Source: Marine Group II euryarchaeote MED-G38 (lineage in GTDB: Archaea; Thermoplasmatota; Poseidoniia; Poseidoniales; Thalassarchaeaceae). Taken from it: DNA of 64,000 nucleotides. The position numbers and the translations under genes are program-made. This document shows positions 20,650 to 31,507 of this stretch, one piece after another (position 1 is the first letter of the stretch; each line of letters opens with the position of its first letter). Below the pieces are notes generated by a model. That model was not told the origin of the DNA and made no database searches. It worked only from the letters and a program-made list of their open reading frames with translations. The stretch is taken from contig NTJP01000002.1 of the NCBI GenBank assembly GCA_002457145.1, positions 33,583 to 97,582 of the forward strand, written 5' to 3'.

Positions 20650-21207
20650 ATGACATTAGATGCATTAGCAAATGAAATTGATAACCAGGCCAAAGCCGAA
20701 GCAAAATCTATTATTGATTCTGCAAAAGCCCAGGCGAAGGCAATAGAAGATGAAGCAAGAGATCAAGCAAATTCCTTGTCTTCTGAAATGAAGGCACGTG
20801 CGGAAAGGGAAAGTGCACAACTTTCAGTAGAAGTAGTTGCATCTGCTAAACAGGCTAATCAGAAACATCTATTGATTGCACGTCGAGAGGAACTAGATGA
20901 AACATGGAAATCTATTCGAAAATCAGTATCTTCTCCAGATCTTGATGGCCGTTCGAATATCTTGAAATCTCTATTATCCGAAGCGAAAAAATCAGGTAAA
21001 GGGATGCTGTTAAGGCCTGTTGCCACTGATAGGAAAGAACTCGAAAAAGAAAATTTTGACATCGGCGATGATATCGAAGGATTAGGAGGTTTCGTACTTG
21101 AATCAAAGGATGGATCGGTAGTTCTCGATTATAGATTTGATAGCCGATTAGAGAAATCCTGGCAAGAAAATCTTGGATTAGTTAATAGTACTTTATTCAG
21201 TAACTAA
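20650..21207 (+). CDS. atpE: A/V-type ATP synthase subunit E
   Basis: N-terminal coiled coil, GGFVLESKDGSVVLDYRF, operon position. Confidence 0.92.
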   Translation: MTLDALANEIDNQAKAEAKSIIDSAKAQAKAIEDEARDQANSLSSEMKARAERESAQLSVEVVASAKQANQKHLLIARREELDETWKSIRKSVSSPDLDGRSNILKSLLSEAKKSGKGMLLRPVATDRKELEKENFDIGDDIEGLGGFVLESKDGSVVLDYRFDSRLEKSWQENLGLVNSTLFSN

Positions 21208-21218
21208 ATGGTGTTTTT

Positions 21219-22274
21219 ATGTCTAGAGTAGCAAGTGGTCGTTCAAATATCTATAATGCTGCAGCGCGAGCCAAAGCGCGCAAAGCATCGTTGATAGACT
21301 CGACAAGAATGTTACAATTATTACAACTAGGCCCTGAGTCTATTGGAGCAAGTATTGGAGAATTAGGTTACCGAAATGAAATGGATATTTATGCATCTAG
21401 AATGAGTGGTGCTGACGCCGTAGAGGCAGCATTAGTACATAATTTAGACAATGATTTATCGGAGATACTGAAGTTTTGTCAGGGTCCTCTGAAATCCATA
21501 GTGGCCATCTACATTGAACGTTTTTCCTATGAAAAGGCAAAAACTGTACTTAGATCAGTTAATGGAGGATGCTCAGATGAATTAATAGAATCACAAATAT
21601 TGCCTTCAGAAAATCCAATGAATGCAATTTGGCTCGATATTGTAAGAAATACAGATACAGTAGAAGAGGCAGCAAGCGCAATGGCTGGTACTCCTTGGGG
21701 CAAAGAATTATCAAAACTAGAGGGCTCAGAAACTACTCTTGAAGAAATGGAAGATGCGTTAGATCGCCAATACTATTCTAACGCACTTCAGATATCAAGA
21801 GGAAAAGATTCCAATATACAATTGATGAAATATATTAGAACCGAGATAGATCATAGAAACATAATAAATCAATTCCGTGAATTACGTCAAAATATTTCTC
21901 CAGAAAAACGTTCACAAATGATTATCTTAGGGGGCAGAATTCAAAATTCTATTATGTTACAAGCATCGCAAACTACCAATCAAGAAACATTATTAGATAC
22001 CTTCAGAAGAAGTATTTATTTTGATGATGAAGGCTTCGATGAGGCGTTAACAGAATCTAATAAAACTCAATCACTGGATTCAATAGCATCATTACTTACA
22101 CATAAAAGACATGCGATGCTGAAACGTTTTTCATATCTCAATCCTGTTTCACCTTTCCCTGTAATTTATTACATTGAAAGAAAAGTATTGGAAATTCAAA
22201 ATCTTCGTCTTCTTGTACGTGGGAAGGCAATCGGACTAACATCTGAGGTATTGGAATCACATATGGATTTTTGA
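21219..22274 (+). CDS. atpC: A/V-type ATP synthase subunit C
   Basis: ARAKARKASL, EIDHRNI and EIQNLRLLVRGK. Confidence 0.92.
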   Translation: MSRVASGRSNIYNAAARAKARKASLIDSTRMLQLLQLGPESIGASIGELGYRNEMDIYASRMSGADAVEAALVHNLDNDLSEILKFCQGPLKSIVAIYIERFSYEKAKTVLRSVNGGCSDELIESQILPSENPMNAIWLDIVRNTDTVEEAASAMAGTPWGKELSKLEGSETTLEEMEDALDRQYYSNALQISRGKDSNIQLMKYIRTEIDHRNIINQFRELRQNISPEKRSQMIILGGRIQNSIMLQASQTTNQETLLDTFRRSIYFDDEGFDEALTESNKTQSLDSIASLLTHKRHAMLKRFSYLNPVSPFPVIYYIERKVLEIQNLRLLVRGKAIGLTSEVLESHMDF

Positions 22275-22284
22275 GGTAGATAGT

Positions 22285-22584
22285 ATGGAAATAGCAGTCG
22301 TAGGTTCTTTAGATTTTACCCTTGGTTTCCAACTAGCCGGAGTATTAAGACTATATAATCCAAAAAATATAGAAGAAACAGCTTCAACTATGAAAGATTT
22401 GTTGAATCAAAAAGAAATTGGCGTCATCGTTATAGATAATTCTGATTTATTAGAACTCCCTGAAAGATTGCGAATACAACTTTCAGAGAGCATAACTCCC
22501 ACAGTATTGGGAATAGGGACAGAAGAGGATAATACCCTCAGAGAGTCGATCAAATCGGCACTAGGAGTCGATTTGTGGAAATAA
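22285..22584 (+). CDS. atpF: A/V-type ATP synthase subunit F
   Basis: IAVVG...GFQLAGV and IKSALGVDLWK. Confidence 0.95.
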   Translation: MEIAVVGSLDFTLGFQLAGVLRLYNPKNIEETASTMKDLLNQKEIGVIVIDNSDLLELPERLRIQLSESITPTVLGIGTEEDNTLRESIKSALGVDLWK

Positions 22585-22618
22585 ATCCTAGAAAAAATAA
22601 ATGGAAGTGAATTAAAAA

Positions 22619-24361
22619 ATGAGTGAAGAAAAAGGAGTAATTTATCGCATCTCTGGGCCAGTAGTGACAGCAATAGGAATATCCCCAAGAATGTATGAAG
22701 TCGTACGCGTTGGAAATGAGGGTTTGATGGGAGAAGTAATCGAATTACATGGCGATCAGTCTGTGATTCAAGTTTATGAAGAAACATCAGGAGTTAGGCC
22801 AGGCGAGCCCGTGATAAGGACCGGGCAGACTCTGTCTGTTCAATTGGGACCTGGTCTTTTGACAAAAATATATGACGGCATTCAAAGACCTTTGCCAGAA
22901 CTTGAGAAGACAATGGGAGTTTTTATCACAAGGGGTGTAGATGCTGATGGGCTCGATTTAGAAAAGAATTGGAATTTCAATCCAGTTGTAAAAGTTGGAG
23001 ATAATGTTGCTTCAGGAGATGTAATAGGAACAGTGCAAGAAACTACTACTATTGAACATAGAGTAATGATTCCTCCTGGTATTTCAGGAGTTGTAAAAGA
23101 AATAAAATCTGGTGATTTTAATGTAACTCAAACAATATGCGTATTAGATGGCGGGGACGAAATAAAAATGATGCAGAAATGGCCAGTTAGGACTCCAAGA
23201 CCTTTTACAAAGAAGCATGCTCCTGAAGTACCTTTACAAACAGGACAAAGAATTCTAGATTTCCTTTTTCCTTTGGCGAAAGGAGGTACTGCAGGTATTC
23301 CGGGACCTTTTGGTTCAGGAAAAACAGTTACTCAACAACAACTAGCAAAGTGGTCTGATGCAGACATCGTCGTTTACATTGGTTGTGGAGAGAGAGGTAA
23401 TGAGATGACAGAAGTTCTTGATGAATTCCCTCATCTAATAGACCCTAAAACAGGTGAGGCTTTAATGAATAGGACCACTATGATTGCAAACACCTCTAAC
23501 ATGCCGGTTGCAGCTAGAGAAGCTTCAGTATATACTGGAATTACTATTGCTGAATATTTCCGAGACATGGGCTATGATGTCGCTCTAATGGCTGACTCTA
23601 CGAGTCGTTGGGCAGAAGCAATGAGAGAAATTTCATCCAGACTCGAAGAGATGCCCGGTGAAGAAGGATATCCGGCCTATCTTTCTAGTCGTTTAGCAGA
23701 ATTCTATGAAAGAGCAGGCCGTGTAGAAACACTTTCTGGCGGAGATGGTTCAGTTTCTGTAATAGGGGCTGTTTCACCTCCTGGAGGGGACATTTCCGAA
23801 CCTGTAAGCCAAGGTACTTTACGTATTGTCAAAGTCTTTTGGGGCTTAGATGCCGGATTAGCACGCCAAAGACACTTCCCAGCAATTAATTGGCTTAATT
23901 CATATTCATTATATCCACCATCATTAGATCAATGGTATAGGGATAATATAAAAAGTGATTTTCCAGAAATTAGAACTCAGATAAGTTCACTTTTACAAGT
24001 AGAGGCAGAGTTACAAGAGATTGTACAACTGGTCGGTTCAGATGCACTTCCAGTGGATCAACAACTAACTCTCGAAGTTGCTCGTATGATTAGAGAATTT
24101 TTCTTACAGCAAAATGCTTTCCATGATGTTGACACATATAGTGACCTCAAACTTCAATATACTATGGCTAAAGCTATACTTTCTTTTCAAGAAGAATCCA
24201 AAAAAGCCCTTGCAGGTGGTTCCGCATTAGAAGATGTAGTGAATGTGCCTGCTAGGACCGATTTAATGAGAGGCAGATTTGAATCAGGATACGAAGACAG
24301 AATAGAAGAAATGTTAGATGATATGAGTAAACAAATTGCTGATACTATGGAGACTGATTAA
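22619..24361 (+). CDS. atpA: A/V-type ATP synthase subunit A, no intein
   Basis: [31 protein letters not shown] and PGEEGYP. Confidence 0.99.
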   Translation: MSEEKGVIYRISGPVVTAIGISPRMYEVVRVGNEGLMGEVIELHGDQSVIQVYEETSGVRPGEPVIRTGQTLSVQLGPGLLTKIYDGIQRPLPELEKTMGVFITRGVDADGLDLEKNWNFNPVVKVGDNVASGDVIGTVQETTTIEHRVMIPPGISGVVKEIKSGDFNVTQTICVLDGGDEIKMMQKWPVRTPRPFTKKHAPEVPLQTGQRILDFLFPLAKGGTAGIPGPFGSGKTVTQQQLAKWSDADIVVYIGCGERGNEMTEVLDEFPHLIDPKTGEALMNRTTMIANTSNMPVAAREASVYTGITIAEYFRDMGYDVALMADSTSRWAEAMREISSRLEEMPGEEGYPAYLSSRLAEFYERAGRVETLSGGDGSVSVIGAVSPPGGDISEPVSQGTLRIVKVFWGLDAGLARQRHFPAINWLNSYSLYPPSLDQWYRDNIKSDFPEIRTQISSLLQVEAELQEIVQLVGSDALPVDQQLTLEVARMIREFFLQQNAFHDVDTYSDLKLQYTMAKAILSFQEESKKALAGGSALEDVVNVPARTDLMRGRFESGYEDRIEEMLDDMSKQIADTMETD

Positions 24362-24373
24362 GGAGTGGTATAA

Positions 24374-25759
24374 ATGACTGGAAAAGAATATAGAACAATA
24401 ACTGATGTAAAAGGACCTTTGGTGTTCCTAAATAAGACTGAACCTGTTGCCTTTGGAGAAATCGTCGAATTAAGACTTTCAGATGGTACATTGAAGAATG
24501 GACAAGTTCTTGATACCTCTGATGATCAAGTAATTGTACAAGTTTTTGAAGGAACTGCTTCAATAGATAAACAAACCGGCATTAAATTCCTTGGTGATGT
24601 TTTCAAATTACCTGTAAGTAAGGATATGATAGGTCGTATTTTAGATGGTGCAGGTAGGCCTAGAGACGGAGGACCTCCCATTGTTGCTGATGAAATGGCG
24701 GACATAATAGGTGCTGCTATAAATCCATATTCACGACAAAGCCCATCTTCTTTTATTCAGACGGGTATTTCGGCAATCGATGCCTGTACTTCATTGGTTA
24801 GAGGTCAAAAATTACCAATTTTTAGCGCATCCGGACTACCTCATAATGATATTGCATTACAAATCGCTAGACAAGCAAAACTAGTGGACAGCGATGATGA
24901 TTTCGTAGTTGTATTCTGTGCAATGGGTATAACGGCAGAAGAATATAACTTCTTTGTCCATGATTTAGAGAGAACAGGGGCGCTTGAAAATGCCTGTTTA
25001 TTCGTTAATTTGGCGGATGATCCAGCCGTTGAGAGATTAATTACTCCTAGATTAGCATTAACAGCTGCAGAATATCTTGCCTTTGAGCACGATTATCATG
25101 TTTTAGTAATTTATACTGATATGACGAACTATTGCGAATCATTACGTCAAATAGGTGCTGCTCGTGAAGAAGTTCCTGGTAGAAGAGGATATCCAGGATA
25201 TATGTATACTGACTTAGCAATGCTGTACGAGCGTGCAGGATTGGTAAAGGGAAAGAAAGGCTCAATTACTCAATTCCCGATACTGACTATGCCTGGAGAT
25301 GACATCACACATCCAATACCTGATCTTTCAGGATATATTACCGAAGGGCAAATTGTTATTTCTCGTGAATTACATCAGAAAGGAATTTATCCTCCGATAA
25401 ATGTTCTTCCTTCGTTATCCAGGTTGATGAATGCGGGTATAGGCGATGGAAAGACACGTGAAGATCACAAATCTGTTTCTGACCAATTATATGCCGCTTA
25501 TGCTCAAGGAAGAGAATTGAGAGGATTAGTCGCTATTGTAGGTGAAGATGCTCTTAATGAAAGAGATTTACAATTACTTAAGTTTGCAGATATTTTTGAG
25601 AATCAATTCCTTCGTCAAAGTAGAGATGAAGACAGAGACATAGGAAAAGGGACACTAGATTATGCATGGGAACTACTTTCTAATATAGACACAAAATATC
25701 TTGTTCGCCTGGATCAAAAGTGGATTGATAAATATCATCCAAATGATAAAAAGAATTAA
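24374..25759 (+). CDS. atpB: A/V-type ATP synthase subunit B
   Basis: [26 protein letters not shown] and [14 protein letters not shown]. Confidence 0.99.
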   Translation: MTGKEYRTITDVKGPLVFLNKTEPVAFGEIVELRLSDGTLKNGQVLDTSDDQVIVQVFEGTASIDKQTGIKFLGDVFKLPVSKDMIGRILDGAGRPRDGGPPIVADEMADIIGAAINPYSRQSPSSFIQTGISAIDACTSLVRGQKLPIFSASGLPHNDIALQIARQAKLVDSDDDFVVVFCAMGITAEEYNFFVHDLERTGALENACLFVNLADDPAVERLITPRLALTAAEYLAFEHDYHVLVIYTDMTNYCESLRQIGAAREEVPGRRGYPGYMYTDLAMLYERAGLVKGKKGSITQFPILTMPGDDITHPIPDLSGYITEGQIVISRELHQKGIYPPINVLPSLSRLMNAGIGDGKTREDHKSVSDQLYAAYAQGRELRGLVAIVGEDALNERDLQLLKFADIFENQFLRQSRDEDRDIGKGTLDYAWELLSNIDTKYLVRLDQKWIDKYHPNDKKN

Positions 25760-25793
25760 TCTATTTTTAAAAATATTATTGGAGATGAAAGAT

Positions 25794-26411
25794 ATGGCAT
25801 TGGATATTAAGCCCACAAGATCCGAACTAATTAATTTAAAACGTAGAATTAAACAAACATCTAGTGGATATAATCTGCTAAAAATGAAAAGAGATGGTTT
25901 ATTTTTTGAATTTAGAACATTATTGGCCGAAATGATTGCCGCAAAGGAAGAACTTGTAGGTACATATCGTGATGCCCTAAAATCAATCGCTCTTGCTTCT
26001 TCAATTGAAGGAGGACTTTCAGTTAAAAGTGCTGCAATAGCTGCAACATCCGGTCCGGAAGTAATGGTCTCAAGGAGAAATATTATGGGTGTTGTAGTTC
26101 CAAAGGTGGAAGGCACAAATCTAACTACTACTGTTGAAACTAGGCCTACGGGTATAATCGGCGGTTCTCCTTACATAGATGAAGCAGCAGATTCTTATTC
26201 CATATTAATTTCAAAAATTGTTAAAGCAGCCGAAATGGAGGCTACTTTGAAAAGATTATTAGAAGAGATAGAGGCAACCAAAAGAAGAGTAAATGCTTTG
26301 GAATTTGTTGTAATACCTGAGATGAAAGAAGCTCAAACCTTTATTCAATTACGTTTGGAAGAAATGGAAAGAGAAGAAACTTTCAGATTGAAACGTTTCA
26401 AGAATAAATAA
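25794..26411 (+). CDS. atpD: A/V-type ATP synthase subunit D; probable start 25794
   Basis: KPTRSEL, GYNLLKMKRDGL, TKRRVNALE and EREETFRLK; SD GGAG upstream. Confidence 0.96.
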   Translation: MALDIKPTRSELINLKRRIKQTSSGYNLLKMKRDGLFFEFRTLLAEMIAAKEELVGTYRDALKSIALASSIEGGLSVKSAAIAATSGPEVMVSRRNIMGVVVPKVEGTNLTTTVETRPTGIIGGSPYIDEAADSYSILISKIVKAAEMEATLKRLLEEIEATKRRVNALEFVVIPEMKEAQTFIQLRLEEMEREETFRLKRFKNK

Positions 26412-26486
26412 TCGAATAATATAGTTGTTCTTGGCGAGGTATCTTATTAGTCAACAATGACGGACAGTTGAGAGAGAGGATTTCTA

Positions 26487-28901
26487 ATGGAAGATACTAA
26501 TCCAATATCACTTGATACGGAAACGTGGAGCAATCAAGAATTAACTCAAGTCATAGCATCAAGATATTTTGTTTTGGGCCAAGAAACTAATCAACATTCT
26601 TCTTGGGAAATTAGTTATGTGAGTGAAATTGACGCCGCAAATTCACTATCTTTATTAAATAATCATCTAGAATCACTCGGCCTTATCGGAGTACTAAGTA
26701 ACGACGACTTGCCGGTCCTAACCATAATTACGTTGCCCTCATCTTCTAGTGTCTCTAGTCGATGGCAACAAGTATCAATTTGGTTTTTAATGTCTATATT
26801 CTTAACTATTGTTGGCGCTGAGTGGTTTGGTAGGTACGATCAAAATAAGGGAATACTCAATAGCGATATTCTACAAGAATCATTGCTTTACTTTACCGTC
26901 CCTATAATAATTACGCTATTATTATGTAGTCATTTAAGATATTGGATTGCAAAATATAATTCAGTAGATAGTGGACATATAATTCCAATAATATTTCCCA
27001 TATTGTATCCTATGTGGCCATTCGGTTTAACAGGAATTTTATCTCAGAAAAGGATGGATAATGTCCCTTTTCCAGATCGTAAAAAATTAGCTATTATTGA
27101 ATCAATACTTCCTTTGTCTATATTCATTATAGGGTCATTATTCACTATAGTTGGCCTTAAAATAACCTCAAACGAACCACCAGAGTTAGAAACGTCACCT
27201 ATAATATTTGAGGTAAATCAAATAACTCAGATAATATATTCATCACTATTTGATGATATAGAATTAAAATTACAATGGCTACATCCAATTGGAATAGCCG
27301 GAATAGGACTATCAATGATTGGTTGGATTCTTTTATTGCCAATTCCTGGATTCCCGGGCGATAGATTACTGTATTCTCTTTTCGGAACTTCTGAAATGTC
27401 TAAGGGTGAGTTACAAACATCATTATTTATTTCCTCTCTTACTATAATGATAATTATTTTCGCCTTTGTCAATTACCTTCCTTGGCTATTCCTAGTTGCA
27501 TTTGCAACTTGGCAACGATTCAGTCCTGAGAATAATATCATCCCGTTTGTTGTCAATCAAAATATTGATTTAGGTAAGGATCTAAAATCAAAAATTACCA
27601 TTATACTAGTATCTATATTGATTCTTGGCTTTCCTGGATTTAATCCTATTTCAGATTTAGAAGATTATGATTCAGGATTATCAACTAGCGATTGGATGGA
27701 AAATGCTGAAATACCTCAATTTGGTGAGACTAGCTTAGATTTTTTACTCCAACCAAATGGAATCATGCCAATTTCAGGGTTTTTACAGTTCAGTATTGAA
27801 GGTAGCCAATCAGAGTATTGGGAAATTAATTCAAGTTGTGGAGAAAATAACTCTTGTTATTTCAGTAATGTGACTCAAAATAGTAATCAATTAATCAATA
27901 TAGGGGTAAAGGCTCCAAATTTTGTTTTTGAAGAAAAAATGTATTTGAGAATAGTTATTGATATTAATGATAATGAAAAGGAACATTTGATATTACTATA
28001 TAATAGCGAATATTCTGGCCCAGAAAATGTATTTTGGACAATTTCTAGTGATAATAACAATCCCACAATCTGTACAAAAATAAATATCATTTCAGGAGAT
28101 AGAGGTAACTTATCATTAACAAATCCATTTTGGAATTTTCAAAATTCCTCATTTGTGGAAGAAGGAATTAATGATTTATGTTTAATAGGTCATGAGGGAG
28201 CTTTATTTTCCTCAAACTCTACAGACGAGCAATTTCGTCATTATGGGCCATCTATTCAATTCAACAGGGAAAATAATACTACATTGGACTGGTGGATGCC
28301 TATTGAGAATACTGAACCTAATATTCTAATTTCAGGTACTGAATGGATAATACCTCCATGGATAAATTTACAAAATACTCAATATTCAATTGTTTATGGG
28401 TCCGATAATCCTGCATTTTGTAAGTCAAGTGATATAGTTACAGAAGTGAACGCAAATTGGACTCTACCACTGGAAGAATATACTCCAATAAAATTCTCAA
28501 AAGGGCCAGTAATTAATGGTACGATAATTGTTCCTTCTACCGGTTGGTTAATGATATGCAATGAAAGCACCCCAGTCTCAAAATATATCATTAAAGAAGG
28601 ATTAGATGTTATTATCAATCAGGACTCAATTAATAATAAAATAATTACTAATTCGTTTTCAATAATTAATAGAGAGAATTTTTCAATACCAATTTCTGTA
28701 GAGTGGTACGGAGATTCAGTAAATTATGGTGCCTGGGGCGTCCAAAATATTCCAGGATTTGTAGGGGCCGATGAACAAATAGAAATAACCATGGAAGAAA
28801 AAGTTGATTCTTCATTATACTATTCATCATGGATTTCAATCGATAAAGATAGCCTAACAATACACATTTCAGTCAGATGTCCATTATATGGGTGTTCATG
28901 A
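26487..28901 (+). CDS. Large membrane protein with a degenerate site-2 protease (M50)-like domain and an extracellular beta-rich C-terminus
   Basis: About 8 TM segments; LHPIGIAG and LLPIPGFPGD resemble S2P NLLPxxxLDG; no HExxH; Asn/Ser-rich C-terminal half. Confidence 0.65.
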   Translation: MEDTNPISLDTETWSNQELTQVIASRYFVLGQETNQHSSWEISYVSEIDAANSLSLLNNHLESLGLIGVLSNDDLPVLTIITLPSSSSVSSRWQQVSIWFLMSIFLTIVGAEWFGRYDQNKGILNSDILQESLLYFTVPIIITLLLCSHLRYWIAKYNSVDSGHIIPIIFPILYPMWPFGLTGILSQKRMDNVPFPDRKKLAIIESILPLSIFIIGSLFTIVGLKITSNEPPELETSPIIFEVNQITQIIYSSLFDDIELKLQWLHPIGIAGIGLSMIGWILLLPIPGFPGDRLLYSLFGTSEMSKGELQTSLFISSLTIMIIIFAFVNYLPWLFLVAFATWQRFSPENNIIPFVVNQNIDLGKDLKSKITIILVSILILGFPGFNPISDLEDYDSGLSTSDWMENAEIPQFGETSLDFLLQPNGIMPISGFLQFSIEGSQSEYWEINSSCGENNSCYFSNVTQNSNQLINIGVKAPNFVFEEKMYLRIVIDINDNEKEHLILLYNSEYSGPENVFWTISSDNNNPTICTKINIISGDRGNLSLTNPFWNFQNSSFVEEGINDLCLIGHEGALFSSNSTDEQFRHYGPSIQFNRENNTTLDWWMPIENTEPNILISGTEWIIPPWINLQNTQYSIVYGSDNPAFCKSSDIVTEVNANWTLPLEEYTPIKFSKGPVINGTIIVPSTGWLMICNESTPVSKYIIKEGLDVIINQDSINNKIITNSFSIINRENFSIPISVEWYGDSVNYGAWGVQNIPGFVGADEQIEITMEEKVDSSLYYSSWISIDKDSLTIHISVRCPLYGCS

Positions 28902-29851
28902 TGAGAATTGCAATTTTAGGAATTGGTTCCATTGGAGGGATATTTCTCTCTTCTCTTGCCGATTCAAATGTTGAATTAATTGCCGTTTCTAGAGGTTTAA
29001 GGGCATCCCAAATATCTGAAACAGGAATTATCTTACATACACCAGAAGGTACTATTGAACATTTTCCGCCTGAATTATTTACAGTATTTAATAGCGATTC
29101 TGGGCCACTTCCATCATCATTGACTAAATCTTGTGATTTTGTCTTAATTTGTGGAAAAAGCTATTCTATGCCTGAGTTAGCACCATTGGCCCTTCAATTA
29201 CTTTCCTCGGATGGAATGGCTATCAGTACGCAAAATGGCCTTGGCCATGCCGAATATCTTTCAAGTATGATAGGGAGAAATAAGGTATTAGGTTGTACTG
29301 TAACCCATGGTGCATGGAAAGATGCTGACTCATTTCATTGGGAAGGGAGGGGCGAGATAATCCTTGGTAACTTAGATGGAATAGAACCATCCAAAATGGT
29401 GTATGAATTTATTTCTTTGCTTGAAGAATCTAAACTTTCTCCAAAATGGAGTGAACAAATTATAAAAGAAATTTGGATTAAATTACTAATTAATATAGCG
29501 ATTAATCCAATTTGTGCCATTACAGGTTTACGTAATGGAGAGATACTAATTCAAGAAGACCTTTGGAATCAATCTGAATCCTGTATGAATGAAGCATCAA
29601 TCATTGCCCATGCTTCAGGAATTAATTTAAATGACGTAGATTTGACTAAAAAACTTCGCTCGATAGTTATCTCAACTGAAAAAAATCGTTGTTCAATGCT
29701 ACAAGATATTATGTCTGGAAAAAGAACAGAAATTGACTCTCTTTGTGGAGTAATAATATCTAAAGGAGATTCTTTTGGAATACCAACTCCTTTAAATTCA
29801 ATGCTATTTTCTATGATAAAAGGAATAGAAAAATCATCAAAAATTCAATAA
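28898..29851 (+). CDS. panE: 2-dehydropantoate 2-reductase
   Basis: GIGSIG, KSY, QNGLG, W.KLLIN.AINP and SMLQD...RTEID. Confidence 0.93.
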   Translation: MMRIAILGIGSIGGIFLSSLADSNVELIAVSRGLRASQISETGIILHTPEGTIEHFPPELFTVFNSDSGPLPSSLTKSCDFVLICGKSYSMPELAPLALQLLSSDGMAISTQNGLGHAEYLSSMIGRNKVLGCTVTHGAWKDADSFHWEGRGEIILGNLDGIEPSKMVYEFISLLEESKLSPKWSEQIIKEIWIKLLINIAINPICAITGLRNGEILIQEDLWNQSESCMNEASIIAHASGINLNDVDLTKKLRSIVISTEKNRCSMLQDIMSGKRTEIDSLCGVIISKGDSFGIPTPLNSMLFSMIKGIEKSSKIQ

Positions 29852-29862
29852 TTTTAATTTCG

Positions 29863-30756
29863 TTATTTCTGACATTTTGGGCAGAAAAATGTTGATCTAT
29901 TTGACTGTACAATTCTCTTTATGGTGCCATTACAAGATTTCTTTTTACAGCCCTGCCCTTCTCTGCCATAGACTACAAATGAGTTAGGAAAATAACCTAA
30001 GGCATCATCTCCATCTACTCCTCTAAAGTCTTGAAGTGTTGATCCTCCAGCATCTATCGCTTCTATCATAACAGAATGAATCTCAAAAACTATTTTTTCT
30101 ATCCTTTTACTTATTCCCTTTTTCAATACCAATGATTCTGCCTTTATTTTTGGTGATATTCCAGCTCTATTAAGTATCTCGCAAACATAGATATTTCCTA
30201 ATCCAGCAACGATTTTTTGATCAAGTAATGCATTTTTTATCGGTATTCTTCTTTTTCTTAAATTATTTGAGAGTATTTCAGGTGTTAACGAGCCCGGCAT
30301 TGGTTCCGGCCCAATATCCTTTAGTAATTTATGAGTTTCTTGTTCTTCAGTTTCAAATACATCCATTATTCCAAATCTTCTATGGTCTGAATATACTCCT
30401 TTGCCTCCATCATCAAGATATATTACCACCCAATCATGAGGTCCTGAACCACTACCAATCTCAGCGCCATGAATGAATCTACCTGGAACTCCTTTTTTAC
30501 CATCTCCAATGAGTGTCCATCTTCCAGTCATCCCTAAATGACATAACCAAGTTTTACCTCCTGATAATCTAATTAACAAGTACTTAGCTCTTCTTTCAAT
30601 TTTAATTATTTTTTTACCACTTAATGTTTTTTCAAACTTATCGGGAAATGGAAATCGTAAATTATCTCTTCTCAATTCAATATCTACAATAACTCTATTT
30701 TTTATATGTTTTTCAAGTCCTCTTCGCACAGTCTCGACTTCTGGCAACTCTGGCAT
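29863..30756 (-). CDS. mutM: Formamidopyrimidine-DNA glycosylase/AP lyase
   Basis: MPELPEVE, RRAKY, HLGMTG, D.RRFG, GLGNIY and C-terminal Zn finger FCPKCQ. Confidence 0.97.
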   Translation of the reverse strand: MPELPEVETVRRGLEKHIKNRVIVDIELRRDNLRFPFPDKFEKTLSGKKIIKIERRAKYLLIRLSGGKTWLCHLGMTGRWTLIGDGKKGVPGRFIHGAEIGSGSGPHDWVVIYLDDGGKGVYSDHRRFGIMDVFETEEQETHKLLKDIGPEPMPGSLTPEILSNNLRKRRIPIKNALLDQKIVAGLGNIYVCEILNRAGISPKIKAESLVLKKGISKRIEKIVFEIHSVMIEAIDAGGSTLQDFRGVDGDDALGYFPNSFVVYGREGQGCKKKSCNGTIKRIVQSNRSTFFCPKCQK

Positions 30757-30795
30757 AATTATCCGTTAAGGTACCACTCAATGATAATAACTGTT

Positions 30796-31503
30796 TCATA
30801 AATATTTCAACTTACAGAAAAATAACATGTGTTGCTCCTCCAATCCTTTTAAATCAATCATTTCAATAATATTTAGATTAGAATTATTTATTATTTCCAT
30901 TGCTTTTTCGAATTTATTTTCAGTATTGCCATCTGACATCCTTTCACTTGCAGCCTTAAGGCTTAACAGGGCAACTCCATTGTCTTTAAGAAATACTTCA
31001 ACTACCTTTACAAATGTTTTTGCTTGATCAGAAATACTTAAGTCTTGATGTAACCAATCTACTTTTTTATTAACAAAAGGAGAAATCTCTGATATGTTTC
31101 TTGCATCGCCTAAAACTGGAATTATCCCTGGTCTTATTTCCGATAAAGCAACTAACTCCCTCATCATTCTGGTTGATACATCAATTGCAATTATCTGCCC
31201 TTTGTGATGATTTCCAGAGCCACAAACGCAGTCATGGATATGGCTAACCGTTCCGCCTACTGAAGCCCCAAGGTAAAGACAACTTTGTCCAGGCAGAGGT
31301 ATTAAATCAATAGGATTTAATTTTGTCCTGATTATCGAAGCTGCAATTTTAGATTTTTTTGCATCCCAAAGGCGCCATTCGTTACGTCCATCTCTTTTCC
31401 TACGTTCTTTCCTCACTGAAACTCCTTTCACTGCATTTCGTGTCCAAATATTCCTACCTTCTTTCCTTACTCCCCATCCTAAGGACTTCACTCTTCGCTT
31501 CAT
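30796..31503 (-). CDS. flpA: Fibrillarin-like rRNA/tRNA 2'-O-methyltransferase
   Basis: WRLWD..KSKIAA, LYLGASVGGTVSH, PVLGDAR and LKAAS. Confidence 0.9.
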   Translation of the reverse strand: MKRRVKSLGWGVRKEGRNIWTRNAVKGVSVRKERRKRDGRNEWRLWDAKKSKIAASIIRTKLNPIDLIPLPGQSCLYLGASVGGTVSHIHDCVCGSGNHHKGQIIAIDVSTRMMRELVALSEIRPGIIPVLGDARNISEISPFVNKKVDWLHQDLSISDQAKTFVKVVEVFLKDNGVALLSLKAASERMSDGNTENKFEKAMEIINNSNLNIIEMIDLKGLEEQHMLFFCKLKYL

Positions 31504-31507
31504 GGTT

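Noticed and set aside
22619-24361. Intein in atpA (also checked in cdc6)
   Set aside because: Normal lengths; the sequence after Walker A is continuous.
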